Positions 36,927 to 51,545 of a DNA stretch of 64,000 nt are shown piece after piece. Origin of the DNA: Lama glama. Taxonomy: Eukaryota. The stretch is from the NCBI GenBank assembly GCA_028534125.1, contig CM052818.1:44890001-44954000 (forward strand). Reading direction: 5' to 3'. Position 1 is the stretch's first letter. Each line of letters begins with the position of its first letter. The notes under the pieces were generated by a model that was not told where the DNA came from, did not search any database, and saw nothing but the letters and a program-made list of their open reading frames with translations. Both the position numbers and the translations under genes were made by a program.

Positions 36927-39110
36927 CAGAAATTGGCAGACCTTTTCTGTAAAGAGTTAGATAGTAAATATTTTAGGCTTTTTGGTCCAAGAGGTGAAAT
37001 CAAACATATTATGTAGGTACTTATATAACAAATTCCTACAAAAATTTTATTGATTAAATTCAAAATATGATAATACAGGTTTTTTTTTTTTAATGCAGGT
37101 CTGTTAGGAAGAAGAATGAACTTATTTTCTGGGACAATAACATTTTGCTTAACTGGGGTTCACAATTAGTGTTTCCTATCAAAATTGATTGCCAATATTC
37201 TGTTAATATTGATGTGTAATAAGATTTTACATATTTATTTATCTTATCAGAAAATATCTTTTCACCCATCTAAGTACTGCCAAATACTATATCCAGCAGC
37301 AGATGATTTATTTTTTATCAGTAGACTTTATTTTTTAAAACAGTTTAAAAAATTTACAGAAGAATTGAGCAGAGAGTAGGGAGCTCCTACATACCTGCTG
37401 TGCAGTGTCCCATATTACTAACGTCTCACTTTAGTGAGGTGCATCTGTTACAAGGATTGAAGCAGTAGTGATACAATATTATTAACTAAAGTCCATGATT
37501 TATTCAGATTTTTTTGTTTTTACCTAATGTTCTTTTTCTGTTCCAGGATCCCATCAAAGATAGTATGTTACATTTAGTTACCATTGCTTCTTAGGCTCCT
37601 CTATGACAGTTTCTCAGACTTTCCTTTTTTGATGACCTTTACAGCTTTGAGGATTACTTGACAGTTACAGGATATGTAATCCTCTGCTATTGGAGTATGT
37701 CTGATGTTTTTCTCATTATTTAGACTAGGGTTATAGGTTTTTGAGAGAAAGACTACAGAGGTAAAGTGCCATTTTCATCACATCATATCAAGGGTATATA
37801 CTAATGTATCATTTGGGACTATTGATGTTGACCTTGAGTGTGTAATTTTGATTGAGCATATTTATCAGTTGGAAGGTGTTTGAAGAATTCTGGTAAATTC
37901 TTCTCTTGATATTTGCCTTTTTAGCACTGTCATTACATTGCTGGTTATTCAGTTCCAATTGAAGGTTAGGTAGAAGCTTCTCAGTTGCAAAGTTTAAATT
38001 GATTTTTTTATGGATATTTCCTTTGCGCTTACATTTATGTCCAAAAAATGCTGCTGGAACTGTGGGACTGTGGTTTGAGATCAGAAAGTATATGCACTGC
38101 AAATCTGTGTAGGAATGGAGATCTCACTTAGTTTGGTTTTGATAGTGTGGGAACAAAAGTGTATAAAGTAGCTTGATGTTAGTCATCATAAAGATGATTG
38201 TGTCATAGAGTAAGTTTTGCATTTAATGCTATTTTGCCTTGTCATTTTAGGTTGTTTAAGAAACATTATGATGTCTGCAGCTAAAGCTAATTTCCAGAGC
38301 TATTCAGTGTTCTGTCATAGTGGTTGAGGGTGGTTCTTCTTGATCAGACAAATTTCAGTCTCAGCTCTGAACTCAAGTAGTTGCAGTAAAACTTTACCAC
38401 TGCTAAGCTATTGAACTACTATGTAGTAGAGTTAGTCAAGATATTCCACTTCTTTTTCTGACAGAAGTTCACAGAACTGATGGTGATGGTGAAGTCCACA
38501 AGAGCAGATAACACCATCAGTACTATTTATTAACACATTAAATTCAGGTATATTTTCCATAGTGTACCTATTGATCAATATTCAGAGACTAACCATAGAC
38601 TTTAAACATCATACATTTTCACAAGCTTTGGAAATTTGTCCAACTAAACCTTTTTCTGTTCCACATATATTTTTACTACAATCTGCTGTAAACACACTTC
38701 AGCAGATTGTACTTCAGATTGTACTGAATTAATGTTTGCTTAACTTCTTTTGAAATATTTTTGTCTGTAGTTGATCTATGTGGACTGTTTGTAGAGGCTA
38801 ATTCTTTATTCATCATCAAATTTGGCACTGACTCCTCCCACAACCTAACTACTGCATAATATTAATAACATCTGCTGTCTGAAGAGTCAAGGAAAACCAC
38901 TTGAAATCATTTGCCTTGCTTTAAAATTGACTGTTAAAAATATTGCTTCCAAATTTTCTGTAGACACACTTTTTCAGCTGATGCAAACCAAACAATTTAA
39001 TTACTCACCATTGGTAAATGGCTTTTCTTGCTTGCCTAACAAATAAGCCACCTGGAAACTTTCTTTGGTTTCAGTCTTACACACATTTAGTAAATTTTAA
39101 TATTTTACCA
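36927..39110 (-). mobile_element. Cheshire-like (MER58 family) hAT transposon fossil, split by an L1
   Basis: MER58-type end 'cagaaattggcagaccttttctgtaaagagttagatagtaaatattttaggcttt'. Minus-strand remnants IVFGST*MGEKIFS, EKLLPNLQLELNNQQCND, HQFCELLSEKEVEY..Q*LSSGKVLLQLLEFRAE and QVAYLLGKQEKPFTNGE. Confidence 0.8.
37310..37845 (-). mobile_element. L1MC1/2-like 3' end inserted in the Cheshire-like element
   Basis: 'agactttattttttaaaacagtt...gaattgagcagagagta...ctgttccaggatcccatc...gaggtaaagtgccattttcatcacatcatatcaagggta'. Confidence 0.85.
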
Positions 39111-39669
39111 CACTTAATTTTAGTGTTTTAATTTTGAAGTACTAAAACATTTTTGTTCTCCTATCCAATCTTTTCTATCTCCTTCTCTTCCTTCTGAGAG
39201 AGAACTGCTATCCTAAAATTAATGTGCCCTTCTTGTGCTTAAATCTCTCCTTCCTTCCTTCCCAACTAGATCGTCTACCAATCTTTTAATTTTTCATGTG
39301 ATTGTTGACTGATTCAAGTTTTTATTTATTTCTTGAGTCAGTTATACTTTCTGTGACTGTATCTGTCTTCTCTTTCACTTTTCTGTTAGAGTATTTGTAA
39401 ACTTTTTGGTCTTAACATGTCTTTTGTTTTATTTACAAAATATACCTTTTTTTAACTTTCTTTTTGTTTTGTGTTATAAAAAATTCACAACTCCTGTTTC
39501 CTTTGGGTTTATTTTGTTCTTTTCCAGTTTCTTTATCTGTCTTTTATTGTCAGTCCTTATTTTCCAATACAGATATCTCTGTTTGAATATTGGATAATGA
39601 GAGGATAAGGAGAGATACCCGTAAATGCCTTTGAATTTATAAATTTTCCTTTGAGTTTTGCTTTAATGT

Positions 39670-42470
39670 TCTTAAATGGTTTTATTTGTGACCTACACAG
39701 AAAAGTATATAAACAAGCTGCAGAATGATTTATTGCAAAGCAAACACCTGTGTATTCACAACTCAGTTCCAAAAACAAACACTGCTAGTATGTACTCTGT
39801 CAGTCTCCTTGTGCCCTTTCCCAATCACTACCTCCATGTGTTCCCCCAGAGTAACCATTCTTTTGATTTTATTAGTAATTATTTCCTTGCTCTTCTTTCT
39901 TGTTTACCACCTAAACAAGCACTCAGAAACAATAGTTTTCCTGTTTGTTGAACTTTATATAAGTGAAATAATTGAATATCTCTTCTTTTGCATCTAGCTT
40001 TTTTGTTCAACCTTATGTTGGCATGATTCAGATTGCTACAGTTTATTAATTTTATTGCTGTTTTTTGTTCTATTGTATCTACATACCACAATTTATGTTT
40101 TCAAATTTTTGTTTGTTGTAACTAATGTCGTAAATATTCTTGTACTTATTTCTGTTGGGTGTATTTCTAGAAGTGGCATTTTTGGATACTTGTAATCAGT
40201 ATTAGGAGGTGGTTTTCCCCCTGTTTTCCCATGTGGTAATAGAAGTTTAGTTTATAAGTTCCATTTGTCTCACAGCCTTACCAACCCTTGATATTGTCAG
40301 TTTTTAAATTTTTGGTAATTTTTGCATATGCGAAGTAGTGCTGCACAGTGGTTTAAATTTACCTTTCTCTAATGAGATTTAATAACTTTTCATATTTGAA
40401 TATCCTCTTTTGTGAAATGCCTGTTTAAGTCTCTTGTTCATTTTCCCATTAGGTTGTCAGTTGAAAAAAATGATTTGTAGGAATTGTTTTTATTTTGAAT
40501 ATGAACCTTGACTGGCTATATGTGTTATAAATATCTTCTAAACTGTGGCTTTCCCCTTTTTGTTTTCACATTTGAAACAATCACAAACTTACAGGAAATT
40601 TGGAGATAAAGTACAAAGGACTGTCTCTGAACCATTTGAGAGTGAGTTGTTGAACTGATGCCTTATAACCCTCCCAATATTAAGTGTGTATTTCCTATAA
40701 GCATTCTCCTTCATAGCCACAACATTCTTCAAAATGAGGAAGTAAACACTGATACATTGCTGATTAATCCTCATGTCCCATCCAGGCTTCATTGGCTATC
40801 CCAGTAATGTCTTTTATATCAGGAGGATCCAGTTTCAAGTCATATTGCATTTGTTATATCTATTTTCTTTCCATTTTGGGCATTTTCTCAATCTTCCCTT
40901 TACTTTCATGACCATGACACTTTTGAAGCTTATAGGCCAGTTATTTTGTAGAATATCCCCCAGTTGAGATTGTCATGTTTCCTTATGATTAGATTCAATT
41001 TATATATCTTTATTAGTAACACAGAAAAGTGATGCTGGATTTTCACTGAATTCTCTCAGGTAGCTCAGTTAACTATAATGGGTCTCATTACAGATCATAT
41101 TCACATTGATCACATGTTAAAGGTGGGAAATTCTTCTTCTACCCTGCTGTGATTTTGTGAGGAGGTAACTTTGAAACTATGTAAATATCCCACTCTTCAT
41201 CAGATGTTATAGTTACGTTTATCTGTATAAACTAATGATTTCCTGTTTTATTCAAACAATATAATCTATTATTATCATTATTTATTTGGATACTCAAAAT
41301 GCTCTGATTTAGCCATTGAGAGCTTGTTCAGATTTGCTTCTTTATCCTTTTGGCTTGCTGTGATTATGCTTTGAGCATTCTAGCACACCAGCATGTTCTG
41401 AGTTTACTTTTTACTTTGCCCTCTCCATGGAATCCAGCCTTTCTGTAAGGGGCACTGGTTCCTTTTGGTTGAACACAATATTTAGCAGCCAAGAGCTTGT
41501 TGTTAAGGGTGTTCATGGCTGTTGGGATGTCATTGCTCCCAGGTTTTCTCAGTGGATTGAGCCTCTGTAGACACACACACACACATTCATAGCTGTATTT
41601 TTTCCTATGTCTAATACACATTGAAAACCACAAGTTTGCACTGATACTTCACAGTCTAATTCCATAGGGTTCATTCTAGTTTTATTTCTGTCTGTATTTG
41701 TCACTTTTTCCTCCCAACTGTGGAAAACTAGACTTCTAGTATCTTTAATATATTTAAATAATTGATCAGCCCACTTGGGTGCAGCTTGCATAACCAATCT
41801 TTATCTTTGCTGCCCCTGTCTCCTCCCTCTATGACCCACCCTCCTTTCTGTGCTTGGGCTCTGATTCTCCATCCTTGGATGTCTCTCCCCTCCTTGTCCC
41901 TTTTGGGCTCTGATATCCCATGCCAGACTTCCCCTCTGCCTGGATGTCCTTATCACCTTTCCTGGGCCTTGAACTCCATGACAGCCGTTCTCAGGCATGA
42001 ATATTCTTCTTTACTCTTTTAAACTCCAATACTCTGGGTGAGACTTGCCTCTTGACTCCTTTAATAATGTGTTTTGATGAATAGAAATTCGTAATTCTAA
42101 ATGTAGTACATTTTTATCAAACTTTTATGATTAATGCCTTTTTGTGTTCATCTAAGAAATTTTTTCCTAACTTGATCTAGATGAAGATATTCCATTGTTA
42201 TCTTTTTGACTTTTTATTTTTTGCCTATGATGAACACAGAATTGACTTTTTAAAAATGGAGTCTTACTTAAGGATTTTGTTTTGTTTCCATGTGAATATC
42301 CAGATGTTCCAACATTACATATTGAAAAAAACTTTCCTTTCCCCACTGGTATACATTGCTTCTTTTTGTTGAAATACCGTTTTCCATGTGTGCATGGGTC
42401 TGTTTGGAGGTTTTCTATTCTGTTTAGTTGTTTTGTCTCCCATTGCCACTAGAACCACAGTGTTTTAATT
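39670..42470 (-). mobile_element. L1ME-type element interrupted by an L1MC4/5-like 3' region (about 40565-42050)
   Basis: 'ccttaccaacccttgatattgtcag', 'tcttttgtgaaatgcctgtttaagtc', 'ggccagttattttgtagaatatccc' and 'gaatatccagatgttccaacatta'. Confidence 0.7.
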
Positions 42471-42499
42471 AGCTCTGCTCTGTTTAACTTGCTTAATAG

Positions 42500-45135
42500 T
42501 GACTGAGCTACTTACAGCTGTGGGCTTACAGATTTTATCAAGTTTGGGAAAATTTTGGCCATTATTTTCGCAAATATTTTTTCTGTCTCACTTACTATCC
42601 CTTTACCCCCTAACCGCTTTCTCAGACTCAAGTTACACATGTGTAATCTACTTGATGTTGTCCCAGAGGTAACTGGTATTCTATTTGTTTTTTCCCCCAG
42701 TCTGTTTTTGCTTTTGTTTTTCAGGTGTGCCTCATTTTGTATAGTTTTTATGCTATGTCTTTAAGTTCACTGACCAATTTTTTTCTATACTGTTCTGTCT
42801 AACTTTAATCCCATCCTATCTGGCTTCCTTCTACAAAATTGTTTTGAGATTTATCCATGATGCATTCCTTCTTATTGCTGAGTAGTATTCCATTGTATGG
42901 ATATATGACAATTTATCTGTTCATCTGTTCATGGACATTTGGTTTGTTTTCAATTTTTGTCTGTTATAAATAAAGCTGCATTATTAAATTATTTGCCATC
43001 AATTTGTATAATTGAGTGATTTTTTAAAAGAAACTTACAGAGTTGTGGAACCATCACTAAAATCTGATTTTTGAAACATTTTCATCATCCTGAAATGATC
43101 ACTTATACCCACTTACAGTCATTTCCCATTCCCCTGCCAGCCCAGGCAACCACTACTGTGCTTTCTGTCTCTATTGATTTGCCTTTTCTGGACATTTCAG
43201 GTAAATGGAATCATAAGTATGTTGACTTTTGGATCTGATCTCCTTCCCTTAGCATATTGTTTTTAAACTTTATGCACATTGTACATGTTTAGTACTTCAT
43301 TTCTTTTTAGTGCTGAAGAGCATAGCATATTATATGGTGTGATTTAAACAGGAATATATTTGGTCTTTGTCCCCAGTTCTTAGCACAGAGCTTCAAAAGC
43401 TCTAGAATTCCCTGAGTGATAAGGTTGTCTTTGTTACGCTAATAAGGCAACTCCTGGCAGCCTTTTGATAACTGTGGGAGGGGGACTGATCACCAGAAAG
43501 AATGAACACATGATTAGAGGATTGGGGCTTTCATGCTTCCAACCTTCAGGGACTGGAAGGGGACTGGAAATTGAGTTTAATCATATGGCCAGTGATTTAA
43601 TTAATCATGCCTATATAATGAGACCCTAATAAAAACTGGAGATTGACACTGAGTGGCGCTTCTTGGTTGGTGAACACTTGATGTACTGGGAGGGTCATGC
43701 ACCTTGATTCCACAAGAAGGTGCAGAAGCTCTCTTTCCTCCCAGACCTCACCCTGTCTGTATCCTTTACAATAAAACTGTGATCATATGTGTAGTGCTTT
43801 CCTGAGTTCTATGGATCATCCTAGTGAATTATTGAAACCAAGTGGGTCATGGGAACACCTAAATTTGTAGTTAGTTAATCAGAAATGCTGGTGGCATGGG
43901 GACTCCCAAAGTGCCAAAGTGAGGGCAGTCTTGGGGGATCTGATGCTAACTCTAGGTGCTTAACATTAGAATTATATTCTAGTATCCCCAGTTGGGGTGG
44001 AAACAGAGAATATGGATATACCTCATTTTGTTTGCCCACTTACCTACCAATTGGTGGACATTTGAATTGTTTACACTGGGGCTGCTATAAATAATGAATA
44101 ATGTTGCTATGACACTTGCATACAAGTCTTTTGTGGGCATACTTCGTTTCTCTTGGGTAGATACCTGGGAGTGGAATCCTTAGTTATTTGTTAAATTTAT
44201 GTTTAACTTTCTAAGAAATTGCCAAATATTTCCCAAAGTATCTGTGCCATTTTACATTCTCATCAGCGTATATGAGGTTCTAGTTTCTCCACATTCTTGC
44301 CAGCACTTGATAGTTTCTGTCCTTTTTATTATAGCCATTCTGGTGGGTATAAAATAGTGTCTCATTGTGGTTTTAATTTGCATTTTCCTAGTGTCTAGTG
44401 ATAGTGAAGGTCTTTTCATGTTCTTATTGACCACTCATATATCTTGTTTGGTGAAATGTCTGTTCAGGTTTTTGCCCTTTAAAAAAATGTTATTCATCTT
44501 ATTGAGTTGTAGGGGTCCTTTATATAGTCTAGATACTTTGTCACATATACCGCTTGTTAATATTTCTTCCCAATCTGTGATTTGTCTTTTAATTTTTTTA
44601 ATAGTCTCTTTTAAAGCCAGAAAATTTTTATTCTGATGAAATTTTTTGTGTCAGTTTAATTTTTGAGTATGCTGTGAAGTAAAGGTATAAAAATGTTCAT
44701 TTTTTTGCCTGTGAATATTCAGTTGTTCAAGCAGCATTGGTTGAAAAGATTTTTCTTTCTCTCAGTAAATTGCTCTGGCACCATTGTTTTCAGAAAAAAG
44801 TCTATTGGCTGTAAATATAAGGGTTATTTCTCGGCTTCAATTCTGTTCCATTGATCTGTATGTCTATCCCTATAGTATACCAATACTGCCTTGATAACAG
44901 CTGTTTTGTAGTGGGTTTTGAAATTGGGAAATATCCTGCTTTGTTCCATTTCAAGATTGTTTTGGCTCTTTTGGATTCTTTGCATTTCCATGTAAATTTT
45001 TGGATTAGTTTGTTGATTTCTGGGAAAAACTTGCTGGGATTTAGTTTGCATTGATTCTACTGATCAATTGGAGAATTGCAGTCTTTATAACAATTGTCTT
45101 TCTGTCTAGGAACATGGGTGTCTCTCCATTTATAT
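42500..45135 (-). mobile_element. Nested L1 fragments, including an L1MB 3' end plus ORF2 C-terminal region that hosts the MER21C LTR
   Basis: ORF-track peptides MQIKTTMRHYFIPTRMAII and FKTHYKTAVIKAV..DRHTDQWNRIE are L1 ORF2 remnants. Confidence 0.85.
43338..44010 (+). mobile_element. MER21C-like solo LTR
   Basis: Starts TGTG; 'tatttggtctttgtccccagttc...gtgatttaattaatcatgcctat...ctttcctgagttct...tctgatgctaactc'. tatgg repeats at 43333-43337 and 44011-44015, and the host L1 text is continuous across it. Confidence 0.88.
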
Positions 45136-45168
45136 ATACTTTTCCTTTTATCATTTATTGTTGGTAGC

Positions 45169-45171
<3 letters not shown>

Positions 45172-45201
<30 letters not shown>
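45172..45201. repeat. (AC)15 microsatellite
   Basis: Perfect dinucleotide run. Confidence 0.95.
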
Positions 45202-45203
<2 letters not shown>

Positions 45204-46772
45204 TCTCAATTTGGTAACCAGCTTTATATTACATTTTCATCCCTTCGTTGCGTCTCACTACTTTCCATTTTAAAATTATTCTGATTTTGGCTTGACTCTC
45301 CAAGTATTTAATTTTGTGTCAGTAATTGTATTTAATAAGTTTTTCTAGATTCTTTGCCTCTTTTTCATGTCTCACATAATCCTCTTACTTGGATTTGTTT
45401 ATTTTTGTCTTAACTGTATACTTAAACAATTCTTACAGAAGTGGTTTGTTACAAGATTTCTAAGAATTTGCATGATGTAATACTTGTTTATTTTAGCCAT
45501 ATTACTAGTTTTTTAGACTGCTATAGTCTAGGATCAAAATTATTTTCCCTCAAAACTTTGAAGATATAACTGCTGTTTTGTTGTGTTGGTTGAGAAGTTT
45601 GTTGACAATGTGATTTATTTTATGTTTTTGTACATAAAATAGCTTTTGTCTTTGGAAACTTTTAGGATTTTTCTGTTGGATTTCTGAGAGTTTAGAACTG
45701 ACTGTCTTAGTTTCCCTCTGTTTCATTTGAGATCCTTTCAATCTTAGATTTTTTTTACTTCATTCATTTCTAGAATTTTTAATTTACTATTTCTTTCATT
45801 TTTTTTCCTTCTGCTTTATGTTTTTTTCCAGACTGCTTTCGATAGATGTTGGAGCTTTGCTAATTTTGCTGTTTTTCATCTATGAATCCTCTGATATGTT
45901 CAAGGAAAGTTAGTTTGCTCAATTTTCTAGCCCAGTGATTGTTTGTCTCTTACCAGTCATATTTAATTACAAAGCTTCAGATTTTTTCTGTATCAGCCTG
46001 TTGTTTAACTGATGTGACTTGTTACTGTTTTGAGGGTATTGATTCATGTATGTAAAGCTGTTCTTGCTTTGTCCTATTTAAGCATTTCCTTGGCTGTTAA
46101 TTTTCTGTTTCTTGAATTGCTTTGCCTCTATTTCATGGTACTGATTTTTCTGAAATGTTGATTCTTGGTTTTCTATCTCTTTCTTGTTTGTTTGTGGAAA
46201 TCTTTTCTGTTGGCATTGTTTCCTTTTAGGAGGGGTGGGTCATGTTGATGGGTGAAATGTACAGATACCTTTCCTTCTGAATTTGTGGTTTCTCTGGTCT
46301 CTCAGGTGTTAGTAGCAACCTAGCTTGCTGTCTTATTTCTCTGGTCCCAATGGCATTGCTTTAGTCTGGGTTCAGGTAACACTGCTACTTACTGCTTATT
46401 ATAAGCAGGATGGTGGGGAAGGGAAGAGAGAAGGCCCTGTTCCTGTACCTATTGATGCTGGTATCTTAGTTGCCTCCTCAGTTCTCTTCTGTGAGAGTTG
46501 TGTGCAATAATTTGTTATGTTTTCAGAAAGTTGGGCTTTTTTTTTTTTTATTATGGACTCTTTTGTCATTCTTGTACCTTTTATGTTCCTCATTCAATTT
46601 CTCTTTTAAAATATTTCTACTTAAATAGATTCCTATATTCTCCAAGAGGAGAAATGACTCATTTTATGTCTATTTTGTTAGTAAGCATGAAGAAGATACC
46701 CGTATAAAAGTTTTGCCTGATAACTGGTTTTCCACTAACGATGTCCAAATCTAAAAATCAAAGATTTCATAA

Positions 46773-47327
<555 letters not shown>

Positions 47328-49800
47328 TAATCATTCATCTACTGTAGATTGCTTTATTTGTAGATTTGTTAAATCCAAGAGAAATCAGAAAGAACTCAGA
47401 TGACTTAAATAATTATCTTCCTCATCTTGACAAGCATTTGCTACCAGTCAAAACTAGTTTATGATTTTAATGATCTAGGTGAAGAAGTAGGACACGAAAT
47501 ATAAATTAAGGTCCATGGGTATTTCCATTACCATTATCATTTCTGTATTTTTCCTTTGAAAAGAGAGATAAGGTATAAATTTCCCAACTCCTACCAACCC
47601 CATCTGCATCAGCCATATAGAATAAATTTGAAGGCATTATCTGTTGTGGTGTTTTTACCTGTTGAACAATTCATGCTATGATTAATAGATTCAGTAGCAT
47701 TAACCTCTTAGCTAATTATGATGTTGATTTTGTTACAAAATTTATATCTCTTGTCTTTTCTTCTGTAAGTGTACTTAATTCCTGGCAGTAATTCCTGATG
47801 GAGATGGCTCATGTTTTATTTCCTATGTATTCTTATTAGTTATCTTGTTAAGATGTTTATTTTGAATTAAACTGATTTTCTTTTCTCTTTACTTCTTAAT
47901 TTATGCCATCTGTATGATACTCACTTTCATTGATTGTCCTGCCATCATCAGCGATCTGTATGCTTACAAGCTTAGCTCAGATTTTTACCTCGTATGGAAA
48001 GTTCTCCCTGATAATCTAACTTGACCAATCACTCTTCTGTCATAATGTCTGCAATGGCCTTAGTTATCTAGAATTTGTGCTGTACTTCACAAGCCACTTT
48101 CATCTGTCTAGGTTTGTATGTCCCGTCTACCCAGCTAAAACTTAGCATCCTTTTGGTTCTTTGGCCTTTTTCACAGGGTGTTATTATGTCTGTTCTTCAT
48201 ACATTAATCAATGTTTAGTGGTTGGAGTATCTGTACTCAAAGCTCCCTCTTGTGGTGTTTATCGTAATATGAAGTGATTAACAGTGAAAATTATCTTTAA
48301 TAAATATGAAATTAAAAAAAATATGAAATATGAGGTAATTTTCTAATACAATGCTAAACTTTTTTATCTCTGTTGTACATAATCAATGATGTTTATATGC
48401 TCACTTCCATGAGTGTATTCTAATTTTAATCAAATCGAAAACCTTTAGGAGGGTGCAGAGAAATCATACCACTTGTTTATAAGGTGAGTAAAAGTGATTT
48501 ATGGAAAGAAAGGTGTAGAGTGTGAGAGCAGAAGAGTAGGTTAGAATATGGGATTTACAGAATAGTTCTACAAGCACATAAGCGAATATTAAATTCAGCT
48601 ATTTAAATATCTGAAATTGTCTCTTAATAATAAATAAAATATAGCATATATAATTTTGTTTACTATTTTTAATTCAAGTACACATGGTTGAGTTAATTAT
48701 GCTCTTTGGCTCATAGCTTATTGTCATTAGTAGTTTACACAAAGGCCCCAATTTTTTCAAAATTACATTTTCTCCCTTTCAGTTTCTGTCTTAATCTCTG
48801 TCCCTAATACACAGCTACTGTAATGTGGTTACTGTAAGCTCTTGCAGACTGTTAGTATAGTTTACATATGTATAAATAGTATAGTGGATGGTTGTCACTT
48901 TGTTTACCTTTTTGACTCAACGCTGTTTTATAGCTCTTCCTGATATATGTAAAAGTAGCTTACTGCTGTTTAGTGTTCTATAGTATCTATTAATTTTATT
49001 TACTATTTTTCCTTGTCTTGGATCCCTAAGTCGCACTCATCTCTCTGTTACCAGCAAGTACCATGCTGAACATCTTCATACATGTCTCGTGTCTATTCTT
49101 TTTTTTCCTCTCATGCCTATTCTGACAAGGGTTTCCTCTACATATAAACCCTAGAAGTGAAAATGTTGATTTAACTTTTGCTAATAGTGCATGAGAGATC
49201 CTGTCTCCCCCTGTCCTCACTCACCCTTCCTTTTATTCACTCTCTAAATCTTACCAGTTTCATTGGTGTAAGTTAGTAGCTTTTAAACTTTGTATTCATC
49301 CTGATAGTTGATGTTAAACCTTTCTCCATATACTTGTTGGTCTTTTTTGTGAACTTACCTGTGTTGTGTATCTTTTGACTTTTTTAAAATTGGCTTCTTG
49401 TTGATGTGCAGGGATTCCTTATATAATCTGGGTGGTGATTCCACAGATAATCACTGATAATCATCTTCCAGTCTGCTACCCATCAGTGTCTTTGAACAGA
49501 ATTCCTTAATTTTGATAGTAAAATATGTATTTTAAATACGGAACTTCAAAAATGTTTTACCTCAAACCTCCATTCTTCAAGTAATATTAATAATGAGATC
49601 AGTTACATAATGTTGAAGAACAGGGGAGTTTTTTTTATTAAAACTGAAGAATGTAATTTATGATTTTGTTATGTTGTTAATGTGAATAGTGTTATTGCAA
49701 GTTTCAGGTTCATCACTTTGTTTGCCTTTGTTTGATAATTATGGCCTCAGTGCCATTAGAAACATTCATAGTTTCATTCTTCCTCATCTTTATATCTGTA

Positions 49801-50001
49801 GAAGGGATTGGCAAACTGGAGCACAGGGCCAAATCTGGCCTGTGGCTTGGTATTATATGCTTCCTGTGCTAAAAATGTTTTTTTCCATTTTTAAAAGACT
49901 GTTTTTAAAAAAAGAAGATATGCAGCAGACACCCTATGTGTCCCACAAAACCTAAAATATTTACTGCCTAGCTCTTTACAGAAAAAAATTTGCTAACCCT
50001 T
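49801..50001. mobile_element. MER58A/C-like MITE
   Basis: 'gggattggcaaact...gggccaaatctggcctg...cctaaaatatttactgcctagctctttacagaaaaaaatttgctaaccct'. Flanks tatctgta and tatctata look like an 8-bp hAT TSD. Confidence 0.85.
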
Positions 50002-51214
50002 TATCTATAATAAAGACAAAAATGCTTCAATTATTTTTTAGCTTTTCTGGCTTCCTATAAAACATTATGTCATGGATAAAAACAAAAATGAAATGTAGCT
50101 ATAAAACTATAACCTATAAGGACCGAAATGGTTACTATCACAAATAAGAGTAGTGTTTCATTAAGTTCTATCATGGATAGATTGTAGATTACACAGTTTT
50201 CTAGATACTGTTATTTTTTCTCTCCCTGAAAAAAATATCTGGGTGTGAGTGAAAGTCACAGTATATTTACATGTAGATTACCTCAGTGACAGCCAAGAAG
50301 TACTACTTTAAATTACTTGCATTAATTACGCAAGTTGACTTCCCACTTTGCCAACCATTATGCATTTCATAGCAACCTTTACCACCTTTTAAGGGATGTT
50401 TTATGTTAGTATTTTAAATTACTGAAAATAGTATACGATTTTATCCATTAATATTCTGGTGTATACCATTTGATTAAATAGTGGCTGTAAATTTTTAAAA
50501 GCTAATAGGTAAAATGTTACTGTTCTTAACCTTTCTACAAGTGACATCAGTTTTTAAAATATAGGTGTTTCTACTGATGTCTCTGAAAAACCCTATTTTC
50601 TGCAAAATAATACATTTAAAAGAGCATGTTTATGGGAGCAGTAGAGACAGATCATTCAAAAGCTATGCAGCTTTGTAACCAGAGCTCTGATGAAAATAAT
50701 AATTGGTACCCAGGGAATTGTTGGAATAACAGGCAGCTTTGTGCCTGTTGGTACCACAAAATGCTGGTGGAAATGGGTTTCTAAGCCATTTGGGCTGTCT
50801 TTTTAGATAGAACACAAGAAGCAGAACCTTCCACTAGCCAGGAATCTTACAAAGCAAGGAGGGAATGTGCCTCTCTGAGAAAGGGCCCCCTGGTACAGGT
50901 GCTCATTTTTAATTGTTAAAATGGATTGAACAGGCTCCTGCCTGTATAGCAGTCAAGCTGAAGCTTTCAGTGCTTCTGATAATTAAGAATTCCATTTACA
51001 GTTTTTCTTTTCCACCCTCACAAGAGGCATTTTGAATAGTTTCTTAGATCAACTCCAAGATTTATGATTGACCAATTTTGTGTTTTCAGTATATCTTTTG
51101 ATATATGATATTTTATCAGTTATTAAACACTGGCTATACTTAGCAAGCACACAGTATCTGATCCATTTAAGATAAAGTACTTTTGAGGAAGCTTTTGAAA
51201 ATGCATACCCGTTT

Positions 51215-51500
51215 ATGTTGCTTTCCAGCTTAAAACCCTTCAGTAGATTTCTGTCACCTACTGAATAAAGTTCAAATTCCTTAGCTAGTCTTATGAAGTT
51301 TCTTATGACCCCTATCTACTTCTCAACCTCATTCTATCATTTGACCATTTGTTCAGAGGTCTTAAGTTACATATGGTTCTTTTTATATCATGGTAACTCA
51401 TGATTCCTAGCCTTCATATATGCTGTCAAATATAGTCTGATTAGCAAATTCCTACTCACACTCTGAAACTCAGCCTGAAGTTTGCTTATCTTGTGAAAAC
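51215..51500 (+). mobile_element. L2 fragment
   Basis: 'gcttaaaacccttcagtagatttc...gaataaagttcaaattccttagc...tagccttcatatatgctgt'. Confidence 0.65.
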
Positions 51501-51545
51501 TTTTTAGGTTGGCTCCTATCCTTTTGACATGTATCTTTTTTGGAG

